This document shows, piece by piece, positions 1-13,229 of a stretch of DNA of 64,000 nt; the first letter of the stretch is position 1; each line of letters opens with the position of its first letter. The notes below the pieces were generated by a model. That model did no database searches. It was not told where the DNA came from and saw only the letters and a list, made by a program, of their open reading frames with translations. The translations under genes were made by a program, and so were the position numbers. Origin of the DNA: Trichoplax adhaerens (taxonomy: Eukaryota > Animalia > Placozoa); NCBI RefSeq assembly GCF_000150275.1, contig NW_002060953.1, positions 2,159,429 through 2,223,428 on the forward strand, read 5' to 3'.

Positions 1-520
1 AATTGTGAACTTTTCAACTATTGCTGTTGTAGACTTAGACAAACATCGGCTGGATATCATTAATTATGAATTTTCTAGATATAACTGTGTCTTAAATAGA
101 CAAGCATTAGCTGGATATTATGAAACGTCAATCTTCCAATGATTACTAAAGTCTGACATAGTCAAACATCAGCTGGAAATCATTAATATCGAATCTTCCA
201 GCTATTACTGTTGTCTTATATAGTCAAGCATTAGCTGAATATCATGAATCGTCAACCTTTCAACGATTACTGTTGTCCGATATAGTCAATCATCACTAGG
301 ATATAATTAATCGTGAATCAGCTACTATTGGTCTTATGTAGTCAAACACTAGCTGGATATCGTTAATCGTGAATCTCAAACTATTGCTGTTGTCTTATAT
401 AATCAAGCATTAGTAGAATATCATTCATTACGCATCTCCTAACTATTTCTTTTGTCTGACATTTCCAAGCATCAACAGGATATCATTAATCGCGAATCTT
501 CCAGCCATTGCTGTTGTCTT
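1..520. repeat. Degenerate minisatellite, ~59-60 bp unit, about 9 copies (probably inside a VAT-1 intron)
   Basis: Recurring unit similar to ATTAATCGTGAATCTTCCARCTATTRCTGTTGTCTTATATAGTCAAGCATYAGCTGGATATC; lines 1-481 align almost in register. Confidence 0.85.
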
Positions 521-1424
521 ACTAGTCTAGAGGAATAAGCATATCGTCATATTAAGCAGCTACTTGTCTATTATGTATTAGGTTTCAATCTCTTTAGATG
601 AAATACCCCTTGTAGCAAATTTATTGCAAACTGTGATTGTAAACATGCGAAATAGGAGTATCATAATCATACATAGTTCTAAGCAGTCTCTTGCGCTGTT
701 TCTTAGCTCTTATGAGTTTTTCCCAAGGTAATATGGTTGTGATCGGCAAAGCTTTGAGCTACTAGTTTACTTTAAATGGATTGATATTAATGCTTCTCAT
801 CTTCGAGTAATTGTACCTAAGATAAAATCGCTGTTCCCTTCAATAATGGGAATTATGAGTGGCCTACTAAGTTACAAGGTATTCTTACTCTATCAATATC
901 TCTTGGTACGCGTTAGAGGAATCTTATGATAAAATAGAATCATTGCGTGGTTCGTAGTCATTCAATACGGGAAGATTGCGTTGAATTATTATCTGGCCAC
1001 AGCTACTCACTTTCTATATCTATCAGCTATTTCATTTACTTATATCTCTTCATTTACGCATTATATTATGATGCTTCTAGTCAAATACACTAATCCGTAA
1101 AAACATAGTATAATATTTTACTTATGTTGTCGAAATTATAAAAGAAGTAAAAATAGTTAAAGTAACCTATTTCCTATATAATAACGGTCTTTATGCCGGA
1201 AGGTAAATTTGAGCAGAGAGTCAATTTAAATTCTACTTATAACAATATAAATTATTCCTTAGTTTTATCAAAATTAAAAGTGTTTTTGTTACAGCTATAT
1301 ATGATCTAATCCAGTATGATGGTTTCGTTATAATATTTTATTTGATTTTACTAGTATAATTTCAACTCAACAGACATAGCATAATTTTAACTGTGGCATT
1401 TTTTAAATTATTTATTTATTGTAG

Positions 1425-3594
1425 CGGCATTAACTTTGCTGATATGATGGCCCGTCAGGGAATCTATCGCATCAATCCTAAACCACCTTGCGTTCTGGGT
1501 TATGAAGTATCAGGAATAGTAGAGTCGCATGGTATTGGAGTAACACAGCCCGCTGTAAGTTTTAAAATTGTATTAAAAGTCAGCTCAGAGGGTCTAAATG
1601 GTTTTATTCAGCCATTATACTCGTCATAAAACTGTTGTTGTGCCGTGCATGGTTAAGAAATCAACGTTTCGTCAATCTGCTAAAACTCGTGCGACTCTTC
1701 TATCCTGTGCTTCAGATTGGTACTAGGGTCATTGGATTTTGCAATAATTTTGGTGGTTGGAGTGAATATGCCCTCGTTCCAGCTGATCTTGTATTTGCAA
1801 TGCCAGAGAACATGAGTTACGAAGAAGGTGCGGCTTTATTGGTAAACTACCTCACAGCTTACTTGCTGCTATTTACGTTTGGCCACCTACAGGAAGGAAA
1901 TACAGTACTATGCCACATGGCTGCAGGAGGAGTAGTATGTGCATTTATGCGAATTATTCCGTTCTGATCCTAATAATAAGTTGATAAACTCGATTCTAAT
2001 GCTCGACGAATTTTCACATTTTTTCTACTTGCTTTCATTACAGGGACATGCAGTTGGTCAGTTATGTAAAACAGTGCCTAACGTCAAACTTTATGGCACT
2101 TGCTCTACATCAAAGGTACGTTTATCCAGCTATTCACGACCTAGAATAGTAAGAATATACTACTCAAGTGCAAAGATCGAAAAAAATTTCTGACCTTTGA
2201 GCAAACTATAGTATGTATCCCTGAATTAGTAGATGAATACTGTTGATGGTATTTATTACTATTAAATAAACTTACCATCCTATATTCCCTATACTCATAA
2301 TAAAATATTGATATATAAATTGTGATCACCCAGAATTTTCATACATGCTCTACTCATAAATAAATAATTCTAGGTAAAGTTGATAATAAAATTATTACAA
2401 GAGCTCGGCAGTGGTTAGCAATTTACATTTGCATTAACACATTAACTAATCTCAAAAAACTATCTTGCAATAATTGCAGCATGAAGATGCCAAGGCAGCT
2501 GGTTATAAGCAACTCATCGATTACAAAAAGTCAGATTATGTTAAGGAGCTACTTCTGTAAGCAGCAATTTACGGAAACCAACAGTATATATTTATGTGAT
2601 AGATGCAACTGATTAGTTAATAACCTGACAGCAAATAAAAATATTCTAAGACTAATGTTTTCAACTGGGTGTTAACTAGATTTTTATATCATTGTACATT
2701 TACTGTATATAAGCGGCAATCGCACTATAATTTGAAATTTGGACTTTCGTGATTTTCTAGTCTAGAGCCAAATGGTGTTGACCTTGTTTTGGACCCTCTG
2801 GGAGGCGCAGATAGTAAAAAATGCTACCGGTTAACTAAACCTTTTGGAAAACAAATTGTCTACGGTATGATTGGATGTTTCAATCACTTTCTCAGAGCCC
2901 ATCTTAGTTTTAACTTTATATCTGCCTATTTGAAACAATAAAATTGCTTTGCCGTGTAACGTAGGGGTTGCTAATGCCATCACTGGTGAAAGACGCAATG
3001 TCCTTCGTCTTGCCAAGACAGTAAGTTGCTTTCATTTAAAGTGCCATCTTACCCATTTATTCATTGATAATTTAAATTTCTCATCATCATCTTAAAAATT
3101 GATCTATCTCTGCTGTAGTGGGCAAGCAATGCAGCAGCTGGTAAAGATCCACTAGCTTTGATGAATGGTAATAAAATGATTGGTGGTGTGCATCTTGGGA
3201 CCATCATGACTGAATACTATAAAGACTTTGCTCCAAAAGCAGTTGCTGACATTTTACGTTGGTATAACGACGGCATTATCAAGCCAAAGATTGATTCTGT
3301 TCATGCCCTAGAAGATGTAAGACCATTTCTACCACAAATAGCGGCAGTAGATAGATAGTTTGTAGAAATAGTTTCTGTTAGCATGAGGACACTATAGTCA
3401 TAACTGTTTACTTTCATTTATCCAATTAGTTCTCTGATGCTTTCCTACGAATCCATGACAGAAAGAATGTTGGTAAAGTCTTATTTTCATTGAGCAAGAA
3501 GTCAAAATCAGCAGTGATTCAGGAAGAGACTAAAGCTCCCATTGCTAATAATAAAGGCTCCGATGAAAATGTCGTTTATGAAAGTAAAGAGTAA
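1425..3594 (+). CDS. VAT1: Synaptic vesicle membrane protein VAT-1 homolog (MDR/quinone oxidoreductase family), 5'-partial, 8 exons
   Basis: GT-AG exons 1425-1554, 1716-1934, 2044-2115, 2480-2556, 2761-2864, 2965-3020, 3119-3316, 3430-3594 splice in frame. Motifs GINFADMMARQGIY, VLGYEVSG, VNYLTAY, VLCHMAAGGVG, GVDLVLDPLGG, IHDRKNVGKV. First exon(s) not found in the window. Confidence 0.9.
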
Positions 3595-5434
3595 AGGATG
3601 TTAGCATTAACACTTTAAAGTAGAGACAAAATCAATTTTCCTGACTGTAGAAAAAAATTCATGCAATATTTGAATTTCAAATGAGCTTATCATTCATTAA
3701 ATACGTTAAATTCCAGTCCTCGATAGAGTTTATGACAGTATCCGAGTTCAAATCTACTGCATAACAAGATTAATATCGGATCATAACTCTATGTCGCTCA
3801 AACAGACAATTTAAGCACACTGCTCTGCATATAACCAATATTCTGGATGATCATCAATCTAGTAAGTTTTTTTTCACGTAATATTCTGCATAATTCTGTA
3901 TTCGTTAGGCTATAATAATTTATAACTGCTCCACTTAAGAGTTTGGAAATAGATGAGTAACTAATCAATTTTCATGAATCTTTAATACAATAAATAATAA
4001 AGTTAAAAGGGTATTATTTATGTTTTTCATGCTCACCCTGTCGTAGAAACTCTTCCTAAATGATATTATATTATCAAGGCGGTTGTTTCCGCTAATACAG
4101 TAAATTACATTAACTCTGATAATACAACTTAATGGTTAGATTACTGAATTTTGGTATTAATTTTCTGTTCGTTGCATAAAAAAAGTGGTGTGAAAACTAA
4201 TAAGTAAATAAATTCTAGAATGAAATTTCTGATGCGTGCCCTATTATTGCCTTTGATGAGTTAAATCTTGTTCTGCTACTGCATTTGTGGAACCTCAAGA
4301 TCTAAACTATTATTTCGCTATCAAGTCCTGAAAAATAACATTTGACAGCGTTCTATTTTGGCAACATTGTTTAGCTTGTTTAGTCAGGTTGTTTGGTATT
4401 CATGATGAGCATGAAAACGAATCTACCTGGCCGATAAAAGAGTAACAGTCTGCAATACTAGTCCTCAATAGTTTGATATTCAGCAAATACCAAGGATGGG
4501 TGAAATGATTTTATTTCAAAAGCTGCATAAAATTTCTTAAACATTAATTGATCTTTCGTACGAGTACACCATCATATTGAATCGTCGATTCTCTAGAAAA
4601 CATTATATGCAAAACGAAATTGACCAAACAGTGCCCTAACCCTCGATTGCTAAGATCGAATCAATCTTAGGCAGAAAAATCAGATTACGTGTATTATACA
4701 AATTAGCAAATAGTTTGAAGTCCAAGTTGGGTATTGGCACATCAGTATGGTCATCATTCCTGTAAGGATAAACATAAGACAAAAAATTTTTTTCTGTTGG
4801 TTCCTGATCGTCAGGACGGCAGCTGCCAAAAAATTGACTGGCAAAGCGATAGAATACAACTAGTACAGTACATTGTATAGTTGAGAAATAGAAAGCTAAT
4901 AATAATAAACAGTAAGCTATTCTACGCTAACTACGGATGACTTTCTAGTAGCCAATTTATAAATTCTACAATAATATCAACAAGGATAACCGTCAATATC
5001 TGTCTGCTCTTGGGCTTAACCGCCTGTAGTAAATGGCACCCAAAAGTTGAGTCTGGCCGTAATTACAAAGACATATTCATACAAAAATTACAGTAGATCC
5101 ATTATGATATTGTTCTTGTCACCAAAAACAAGTGTTCCAAACATATAATACTCGTTCATCTACTTCACCTATTAAATGTACAACGCAAGCCTAAAATAGC
5201 TATTATCGACAGTGGTTGAAAGATTGTATATTCTGGGTTCTACAGTATAAAAGCATAACTATGCAATGCTTAATACAAGGCATTTAATATAATCCGAAAA
5301 AATTTCGGCAAAAACATCTTTGAAGTTTAAAAATGTAACTATGACGTGATTTTTGATATACTGATCAATTAAGTTACGTGGATAAAATCATTATAATGAT
5401 AGCAGTATATATTAATTGCTATTGCAAATGATAT

Positions 5435-8400
5435 CTAAGCTGCAGTTCCTTGTCCTAAATCGCTTGTTGATATAGTTAGCATGGCCTTTGAATGATCACT
5501 ACCGCCATTAGCTTCCTCTACTCCTGGGGAAATATTGGACGTGTTTCGGACAGAAAGTTCATCATTTCCCACCAGTAAGTCTTCGTCACTTGTCTCAAAG
5601 TTTGAGTCCTAAACCAGATAAAATTGTCAAAAATTTGCCGGATTTTAATCGCGGACACAAGAATGATGCAAAATTTTTCATCTAAAATAAGGACTACTGT
5701 ACTGACAATACGTTATCTGTCACGTTACCCTATCTAAGGTCTCATATTTCGTCTTAAAACAAGTACCAAGCCGTTGAAATCGCGTACCCTCAAAAGGATT
5801 TATTGAGCTATGAACAAATATTGGCAACATATATTTACGAAGAAGTTAAGGATCATGAAAACAATCGATTAATGGCAATAAATTCATAATTAATTTAAAA
5901 TCCTAAATTGGTAATGAAATATCTTTTTTGAAAGGATATCCTTTGTCAAAATTGATCCAAACACTAGCCAATGCAGATCGATCACCAACGCTTGATGAGG
6001 TTGCTGCATATGGATTATTTGGCATAGGCTCGGGCAACGATTTCTGAAACAAATTTGAAATTCAATATAGATCAACGTTAAAATTTGTATTACTACAACA
6101 ATATTATACAGTAGAATCAGCTCAATGATTGGATACTGATGCACATACTTGGCTTTCTTCTTCTTCTTCTTCTTCTTCTTCTTGGCCAACTCTGTTATAA
6201 TTTCAGTAATATTAAAGTTATGATATTGTCACCTTAGCAAATGCCATGACGTCGCTATTGATTTAATCTTACCGGATTTTAAGTAATAGCAACATTTGCG
6301 TAGTTGCGCCACCATTGATTAAGACAGTTATGAATACAATCATTAATGTTGTAGTAAACATTAGTTGACGGCTTTCACTGGATGTATTACGAATAGCCAA
6401 AGCAAATGCAATCGCACCACGCAACCCTATCGGTCCCAGTAAGCAAAATTTAATGAGTGTTTGACAGGTCTAGACCCTATAATGTATAAATACAATGCAC
6501 GCAGCATTACCTGCAAAGAACATCATATGCTGTAGATTGTAGCCAATCTTACTTCGGCGGGCTCTATTCAGGATAAAACTAAGCGGATAAACATTACATA
6601 GACGACCGACAAACATTGCCAGCTAGATTTTCCGTAAAGGACAATACACCTCAATCATTGACTGCAACATTGCCAATCTTAAGATAAACAAGGTAGTTGT
6701 GTATAAAAAGTAAATAACACTATCTGAGGAGGATACAAATGCAAAGGCGATAAAACCCATGTACCAACGATGATAAGGAAAGACGAAAAACGAAAGTCCC
6801 ATGTAGGAAAATATGAAGTTTTCGGCTAAAAAGTTGAAGACTTCAAATAACTATCAAAATCAACAAGATTATAAATCAGATTTAAAATTAGGATGATTTC
6901 AATTTTCGATTGCTCGGCAAAAGATTGACAAAGTCGGAGTACATAAAGTTCAACCTGTTTGGTTCTTTTCTTGGATTCATCCGATAAGTTTTTATAAGTG
7001 TAATGTGATTGAGTAATTCCACAAAACAAAATCGCGACAATACCTGAAATGATTGATCAATGCAAATATCAATGGTTATGCATGTACTCAAATAGAATAC
7101 AAAATCGTCCTTTTCACTGTAGTTATCAATTTTCAACCTACCAGTCAACCCTAATGCTTCAGCAACAAGGAAAGTGGAGTATGACATAATGGCAAAAATG
7201 GCAGTTTCCAGTAATGGATATTCCTTAATACTTGTTAGTTTGGTAATGTGCACATTTATTAAGGTCAACAATAAAACATGAATACAGATGACAACTGGCC
7301 AAATTCGTAAACACTACTGTTAAACCATTGTAAACATCAATGAAGGATATCAAAGCCGTGAGTAGTCCCATTAAACAACCAATACCGAAAGAGCCAACAA
7401 ATATGCCAATAAAGATGCCAATCGATCGAAACAATGCTCCAGCATCAAAGACACCTTCGCCCTCGGCAGAGTACGGCGAATAAGTTAAGATGGAGCTATA
7501 GAGGTAGCAAAAATGAATTGACAGTGGTTAGATTATCTGACAAATGGTGGATGAATGTTTGCATATTGTAGACAACCAGAGCTTAACTAAGCACTTTATT
7601 CAAGCTACAAACCTATACAGAACAATGGCTACAGCATCATTTAAGACACTTTCACCAAAAACGAGAGCATACAGTTTGGAATCGACGTGTAGATCGTGAA
7701 AGATGGCCAAGACAGTGACTGCAAGTATACCAAAAATGGTATTTGTTTAATAAGCAATGCATGATGAGAGAGTTAATACTATGCGAAGCAGCGATTCAAT
7801 TTCTAATGCAACCAGACTCATTCTATAACAGTGCTATACCGGGATCAGTAGCGGAAATCATCGCTCCAAAGAGTAGACAATCGACAAAGTTGAAGCCATT
7901 TACACTTCGAATTCTTGACACAAATGCATACATAATACCACTATATAATTAGTAGAAAAAAGAAGTGTTATACGGTATCATTATGCCGATCGATTTTACA
8001 AGTAGTGAGTTGCATCAATACACTCTTACAGTTCCATAAATCAAAGCCTATCTATACTGTAATATATCAATCACCGATCATCATCAAGATTAAATTTTAT
8101 CATCTACTGCAGTGCTAAAGATATGTTGTTTGCAATAGAATGAATGTGACTGTAATACTAAAGACTTGGCATTCACACTTGATTCGGCAGCATTATTTAT
8201 TTCAGGATGTACAGCAAAAATAGTCGATAACTTACCCAATGACAAAGCACGAGATGGTTGTACCAATCATAGCAAATAAGAGAATTGATCCAAAGTTGCG
8301 AAAGAAATGCCTCTACGAGTATCAAAGTCAAAGCAATAATACCCAATTGTTTAATAATTTAAGAAGGATTAGTGGTTTTACAGCTCTCTTTTATGTAAAC

Positions 8401-9954
8401 TGATGGCAAAGCAATAAACTTGCTGAATAAGTTATACAATCTCAAATTAATCCCATTTTTTAACAATATCGTTTTTAACACGCTATCGAGTATGAAATCA
8501 CAGAGGTGATTGATGTCGAAGCTGAGTGTCAATTTGACCCTAACCGATATCGTAAACTTACACGTCTCAAATCATAGCCGGCATAGAATATAATTGGAGG
8601 GAGTAAGACATAAAAAAATACTTCAGGATCAAATACCACCTGCCCCATTCCAAAGCAAGATTACCAAAATTGTTTATAAGAGTAAGATAAGAAAAAAAAA
8701 ATGGATCGATTAGATAATGGTAAGAATTTTCTTTCTTTTCAGATAACAAAATTCTATACTCTATGGTAGAGGTGAAATTTCGAAATGGACTGAGAACGGT
8801 TGAAACATTGATTGATGTTTTATCCTTCTTTTACTCTAATCCACTAGCTAATGAAGTTGTCCATGTCAACCATCATTGCATGGAAAAAGATAAACTACCC
8901 AATATGGCCTACATCATCAGATAATCATGGTTGAACTTACCCTATCGACTAGTTGTGATTGGGGGACGCGTGGCGTTTCGTTGTTATAAGTTGCAGATAA
9001 CTTGTAGGCATAAGTAACATTGTCGCGAACGACATAAAGCTCTGAAGGGATTGTTCTATTGGTGGTATTAACAGGGCAAGTATAGGTCAGTCCAGTCTGA
9101 TTGGGATGGCTTGTATACCGGATTAGCGCTCCCATGATTAAACCTATTGGCATGTACAAAACGTAAACAACAACGGATTAGTTTAGACTGCAAGTAAGAA
9201 CGATGATGGAGAAGTAAACGGCTAGACTGATGTGAGTTATATCTTTGTTGCAAGGAGTCATGCCCTGCCGAGTTCAAACACAACATTGAATTCAACACGG
9301 TGTTAGGCAATATTAGGCTACTCCATCCATTTCCGAATGGATGGAGAGCTACAGGGTGCCCCATCCTTTCGCTATGGAAATGACTACAAGTATACAATGT
9401 AGAGAGACAACAGTGAGCATACGGAATGGACAAGTTATGTAAAGCATTTCAGTCAACATAAACTGAAACTATGATGTCATCAGAATGACAAATTTCGAAC
9501 ATCTGATTGAAGATGAAGACTGAAAATGGATATCCAAAAGGGATGGCTGTGCAAGAGATGAATCCAGCCGTAGCCGAGAATGTTTTGAAGAAACAAACAC
9601 GCCAATTGGATCATCCTCCAATGCATTGTAGCTTGCATACCGTCGTGCACAATCAAGACTATGTCGACGCCATCCACCATAAAGACAGTGCATGGAAAAA
9701 GGCTTACCGTAAATCATGGCTAATCCTGTTTCATGGATAAATCGAATTCGTTTGACTTTAAATCTCCAAATGGTTAAAACGGTAATTAACAGGAGAAAGA
9801 GTAGCGCCATCAACATGACACTGTCCATTCGATGTTGACCTTCTACACGCAGCTCGGTACTGCCTTCATAATTGGTCGATTGTTGGATAGAATAAGGCAA
9901 AGCAGTGAGTAGGATGAGTAAACTAAGGATAGACTGGCCATTAATGAGCGACAT
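5435..9954 (-). CDS. Endosomal-type Na+/H+ exchanger, SLC9A6/7/9-like, paralog A (16 exons, intact)
   Basis: Exons 9954-9708, 9143-8941, 8639-8562, 8312-8236, 7940-7840, 7718-7613, 7495-7351, 7247-7142, 7043-6955, 6850-6737, 6622-6511, 6426-6273, 6191-6149, 6043-5940, 5834-5729, 5608-5435. Motifs [65 protein letters not shown]; signal-peptide-like N-terminus. Confidence 0.93.
5835..5939 (-). other. U12-type intron 14 of NHE-A (AT-AA)
   Basis: 5' ATATCCTTT; branch ATCCTTAAC; 10 nt later ...CGTAA|A TAT ATG TTG CCA. The conserved frame requires an AA end. Confidence 0.82.
6155..6181 (-). repeat. (GAA)9 coding microsatellite giving a poly-Glu run in NHE-A exon 13
   Basis: Spliced frame reads [14 protein letters not shown] then donor gtatgt. 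Confidence 0.85.
6623..6736 (-). other. U12-type intron 10 of NHE-A (GT-AG)
   Basis: 5' GTATCCTC; branch-like GTCCTTTAC close to the AG; no polypyrimidine tract. Confidence 0.8.
7248..7350 (-). other. U12-type intron 7 of NHE-A (AT-AC)
   Basis: 5' ATATCCTTC; branch GACCTTAAT; ends ...GTGCAC before ATT ACC AAA CTA (ITKLT). Confidence 0.9.
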
Positions 9955-10109
9955 GGTGGGACCTGAACGACTGGATGTTGCACTACACAACTGCAATCTT
10001 GAAATAAAGATCGGAATAAATTGATTGGAATGGCCGCGGGATTCCTTTTCTACTTGAGATCAAGTCCTAGATCGGATCGGAGATGAATGCGTCCTCAAGC
10101 CCGGTACCC

Positions 10110-10650
10110 CAGTACAGTACCGAATCGAACCCAATATGGAACTCTATATGGACGAGTCAAAGTCTAGCTTGAACAGAGTAAATGCCAATCTACGTTACCC
10201 TACTCTACTGTACCTCAAGGACAAGAGTCATGATTGAGTAGCACTACTGGCAGTCTTCAACGGAGTCAGAATGGGCGGAAAGGACAGAGTGGACACAGTA
10301 CTTTGTACTGTACTGAGCCAGGCACCACGATACTGTACTGTACATACTGTACCGTACAGTACTGTACTACAGTTAGACTCGAGAAAGGTTCGGTTCAATA
10401 CATTTATGGTCTACTGTATGTCTACAGTATGTGCGTACAGTACAGAGTACTGTAGCATCGGTACTCAAGACACCCTGTTGTACTGTACTGTGAGAACTGG
10501 TACGCCCACAGTTCATGGTGACTATATTAATGCACAATATACTAGGTATAGCCAGCTTTCGATCATAATTTTTGTCACTACCGGTAAAAACGACAGTGCA
10601 GAGTACTGTAGCGTCGTGATACTCACGACACCCTGTTGTACTGTACTGTG
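10110..10650. promoter_or_regulatory. Cluster of TACAGTA/TACTGTA motifs upstream of NHE-A (candidate promoter element)
   Basis: Many copies in both orientations (e.g. cagtacagtac, tactgtactgtacatactgtaccgtacagtactgtactacagt) about 150-700 bp 5' of the ATG; function is inferred. Confidence 0.5.
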
Positions 10651-10757
10651 AGAACTGGTACGCCCGCAGTTCATGGTGACTATATTAATGCACAGTATAC
10701 TAGGTGTAGCCCGCTTTCGATCATAATTTTTGTCACTACCGGTAAAAACAACAGTGC
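10443..10757. repeat. Near-identical ~157-bp tandem duplication (2 copies)
   Basis: cagagtactgtagc...ccggtaaaaacRacagtg at ~10443-10598 and ~10599-10757. Confidence 0.9.
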
Positions 10758-13229
10758 TTTCATAAACTACTCAATCCGACAGAACGGTCAAAGGCGATAA
10801 CTAAAAAATTCCAGCAGCTAGAATTCAAGCAGAATAAAAACTTCGTCATCGCATGAACTACCAAAGAGAGAATGGACTATTCAATATATCACTGGGATTT
10901 CCTGTATTGAGTAGTCGATGAATGTATAATCTGGGATTTCTAGAGATTTTCCACTTAAAAGTCTGTGGTACAAGTAGCGATTACTTCATGTTGCTACCAC
11001 CCTGACAGTACAGTACTTAGTAAAATGTTCCAATACCGATACTGTAGAGTAACTCGATCGGGCTACTCGAAGAGCTCGAGCATTCTCCATTCTAGGCTTG
11101 CCAGTCTTCCCTGCTCTAAAACAACTGAGATATTACTTGCTGTTATCAAAGGTAGCATAGTATAATTGTAGTCAAGTCCATTCTTAAGGGTCCACAATCA
11201 ATCTGTCCAACTGGACTTAAAACCCGAATTAAGCTTTCTTACAATGAAAACCAACCGTAACTGTATTTACAACAAATTATGAACAAGAAGAACGGGCGGA
11301 TCGACTCGTTGGATACGCTTATAAATCGTAGCGCATGACCTATTTAGTAATGGTAGTAACATTATCACGCTTCCACGCGCTTAGCACGGCCATTGAATTG
11401 CTATATTTTGCCTAAGGCACGAGCAACTAATCCCATTAAACTACGCTAGTATTATAGCCTACGGTAGTGAATATTAGTCATTCTATACTTAATTCAGAAT
11501 TCAACTCTAGTACTAAAACTCACGGCAGTGCAATAATATTAGGATTGATACGACTACAATTGTACCAAGTTCAACCTTGCTATCGACCGTTCTCGCCTCG
11601 TTTAGGGTCGACTGCATACAAATTGGCTTTAAAATAATGCTAAGCTGATCCAACTTTTCTTCCTACCAAGCAAACCATGGGCAGAAACGAAATTCGTCGA
11701 ATGAATTATAGTATACATCCCCTTGCTGGATGGCAAGAACTAATATAGTTAGAGGCTGTCTTACTGATTCATCATTGTGAATCAACAACGCTCTGTACCA
11801 AGGCTGATCCAATCCCCTCCCCATACTAAACAACGAATATGCACAACATAGCGTTATACCTGTTGCAGAGCTAAAATGAATAAACCACTTTCAGTGCAAT
11901 CAAAGTACAACCAAAAAAATCAACTGTACCCATGCTCGTCAAGCGCGCAATGCACATCGTATAGCCAAAAATGAATAAACTACTGGGCAAATTCACTTGC
12001 TGGATGTTTTGATGTCTCTTTTGCTTGGCTGTAATCAATTAATCGATCTCAAGAATTCTCTGTACTGTACATACACAAAGTATTCCAAAATATTATCCAT
12101 GTTGGTGATATTGCATAGCCTGATAGCCTATATCAATGCGCAAACTACTATACCCTACAACTGTACAATGGCACTTGCTAATGCATGATCAAATTACTTG
12201 ATACCTCTTTGTATTGCCGTAATGAACTAATCTATTTCAGGAATTCTCTATAATATATTAAGGCATAGCCATAAAAGCCCCCTTCCATCTGCGCTGTCCA
12301 ATGTCCAGCGCACAGCCTAAATGCTATCAATACCCTGTCCAGCTCATAATACAGTACATCTTGCACAGCCAAAATAAATGAGCTACTCAATTGCATAATT
12401 GGATTGCATTTTGAAGCAGTAAGCCAACTACACGCCCACCGACTCATATCAAATTGATCATCAAGAAAGGATATTGTCGACCGTAGTTTACATTTCGTTC
12501 CTTTTTCATTTGCGGTAGATCTGTAATGTTAACAACATTAACTACTCTATTCAATAGCTATTCGTGCTAGTACTGTATAGGAGATCCTACAGTACGCGCA
12601 TATTTTTTATCCTGATAGTTATAATAATGTTATCGACTAAAAGTAAAAGAATAATCTAATCATTTATCATCTATGCCTCATGGAAAGTAGAAGGTAAAAT
12701 GTGGTACATACGAGTACGTACCAGTAGAAGGCGCCACTGTACTCATTAGGAAGTGATTTTTGACTTGATAGGTAGTTAAAGATGCATTCATCAGTCGCCT
12801 ATAATACTGCCAAGTTTTTCTATAATGGTTAGCTCTTATCCTTGATTAACATAGGACTCCCGATGAATTATAATAAAAGGCTATTACTATCCGCTGACGT
12901 TTCATTGGATTTAAATTTTATTGCAAGGTCATCGAGGATTTTTAGGGAAACCTATAGTATGCGATCGATAGTGATTCTACTGACAAGATGCTAAAACTAG
13001 ACGAGAATTTTTACTAGCTATCAACTATATTATAATATATAACTACACCGTATACATTGGTAATGGCAACCTTATTAAGACCTTAGATAAAGTGTATCGT
13101 AATTTGCATTTTTTTAATTTAAAAAATAGTATGCTAGTACTATATTTTCATAATAGCCTAGCATCGATGCCTTGATAGAGCTACTGCATCGTTACGCGTG
13201 GAAACTTTTCAACCCTTATTGAAAGCAAA

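Noticed and set aside
1-520. ~60-bp periodicity suggesting a CRISPR array
   Set aside because: The whole unit is repeated and degenerate, with no repeat-spacer alternation
5890-6189. ORF beginning with a poly-Lys run ([14 protein letters not shown])
   Set aside because: Wrong frame of the (GAA)9 repeat; the spliced NHE-A exon reads poly-Glu
10234-10651. Cys/Thr/Val/Tyr-rich ORFs (also 54411-54761 and 41176-41418)
   Set aside because: Translation artefacts of TACAGTA/TACTGTA low-complexity clusters
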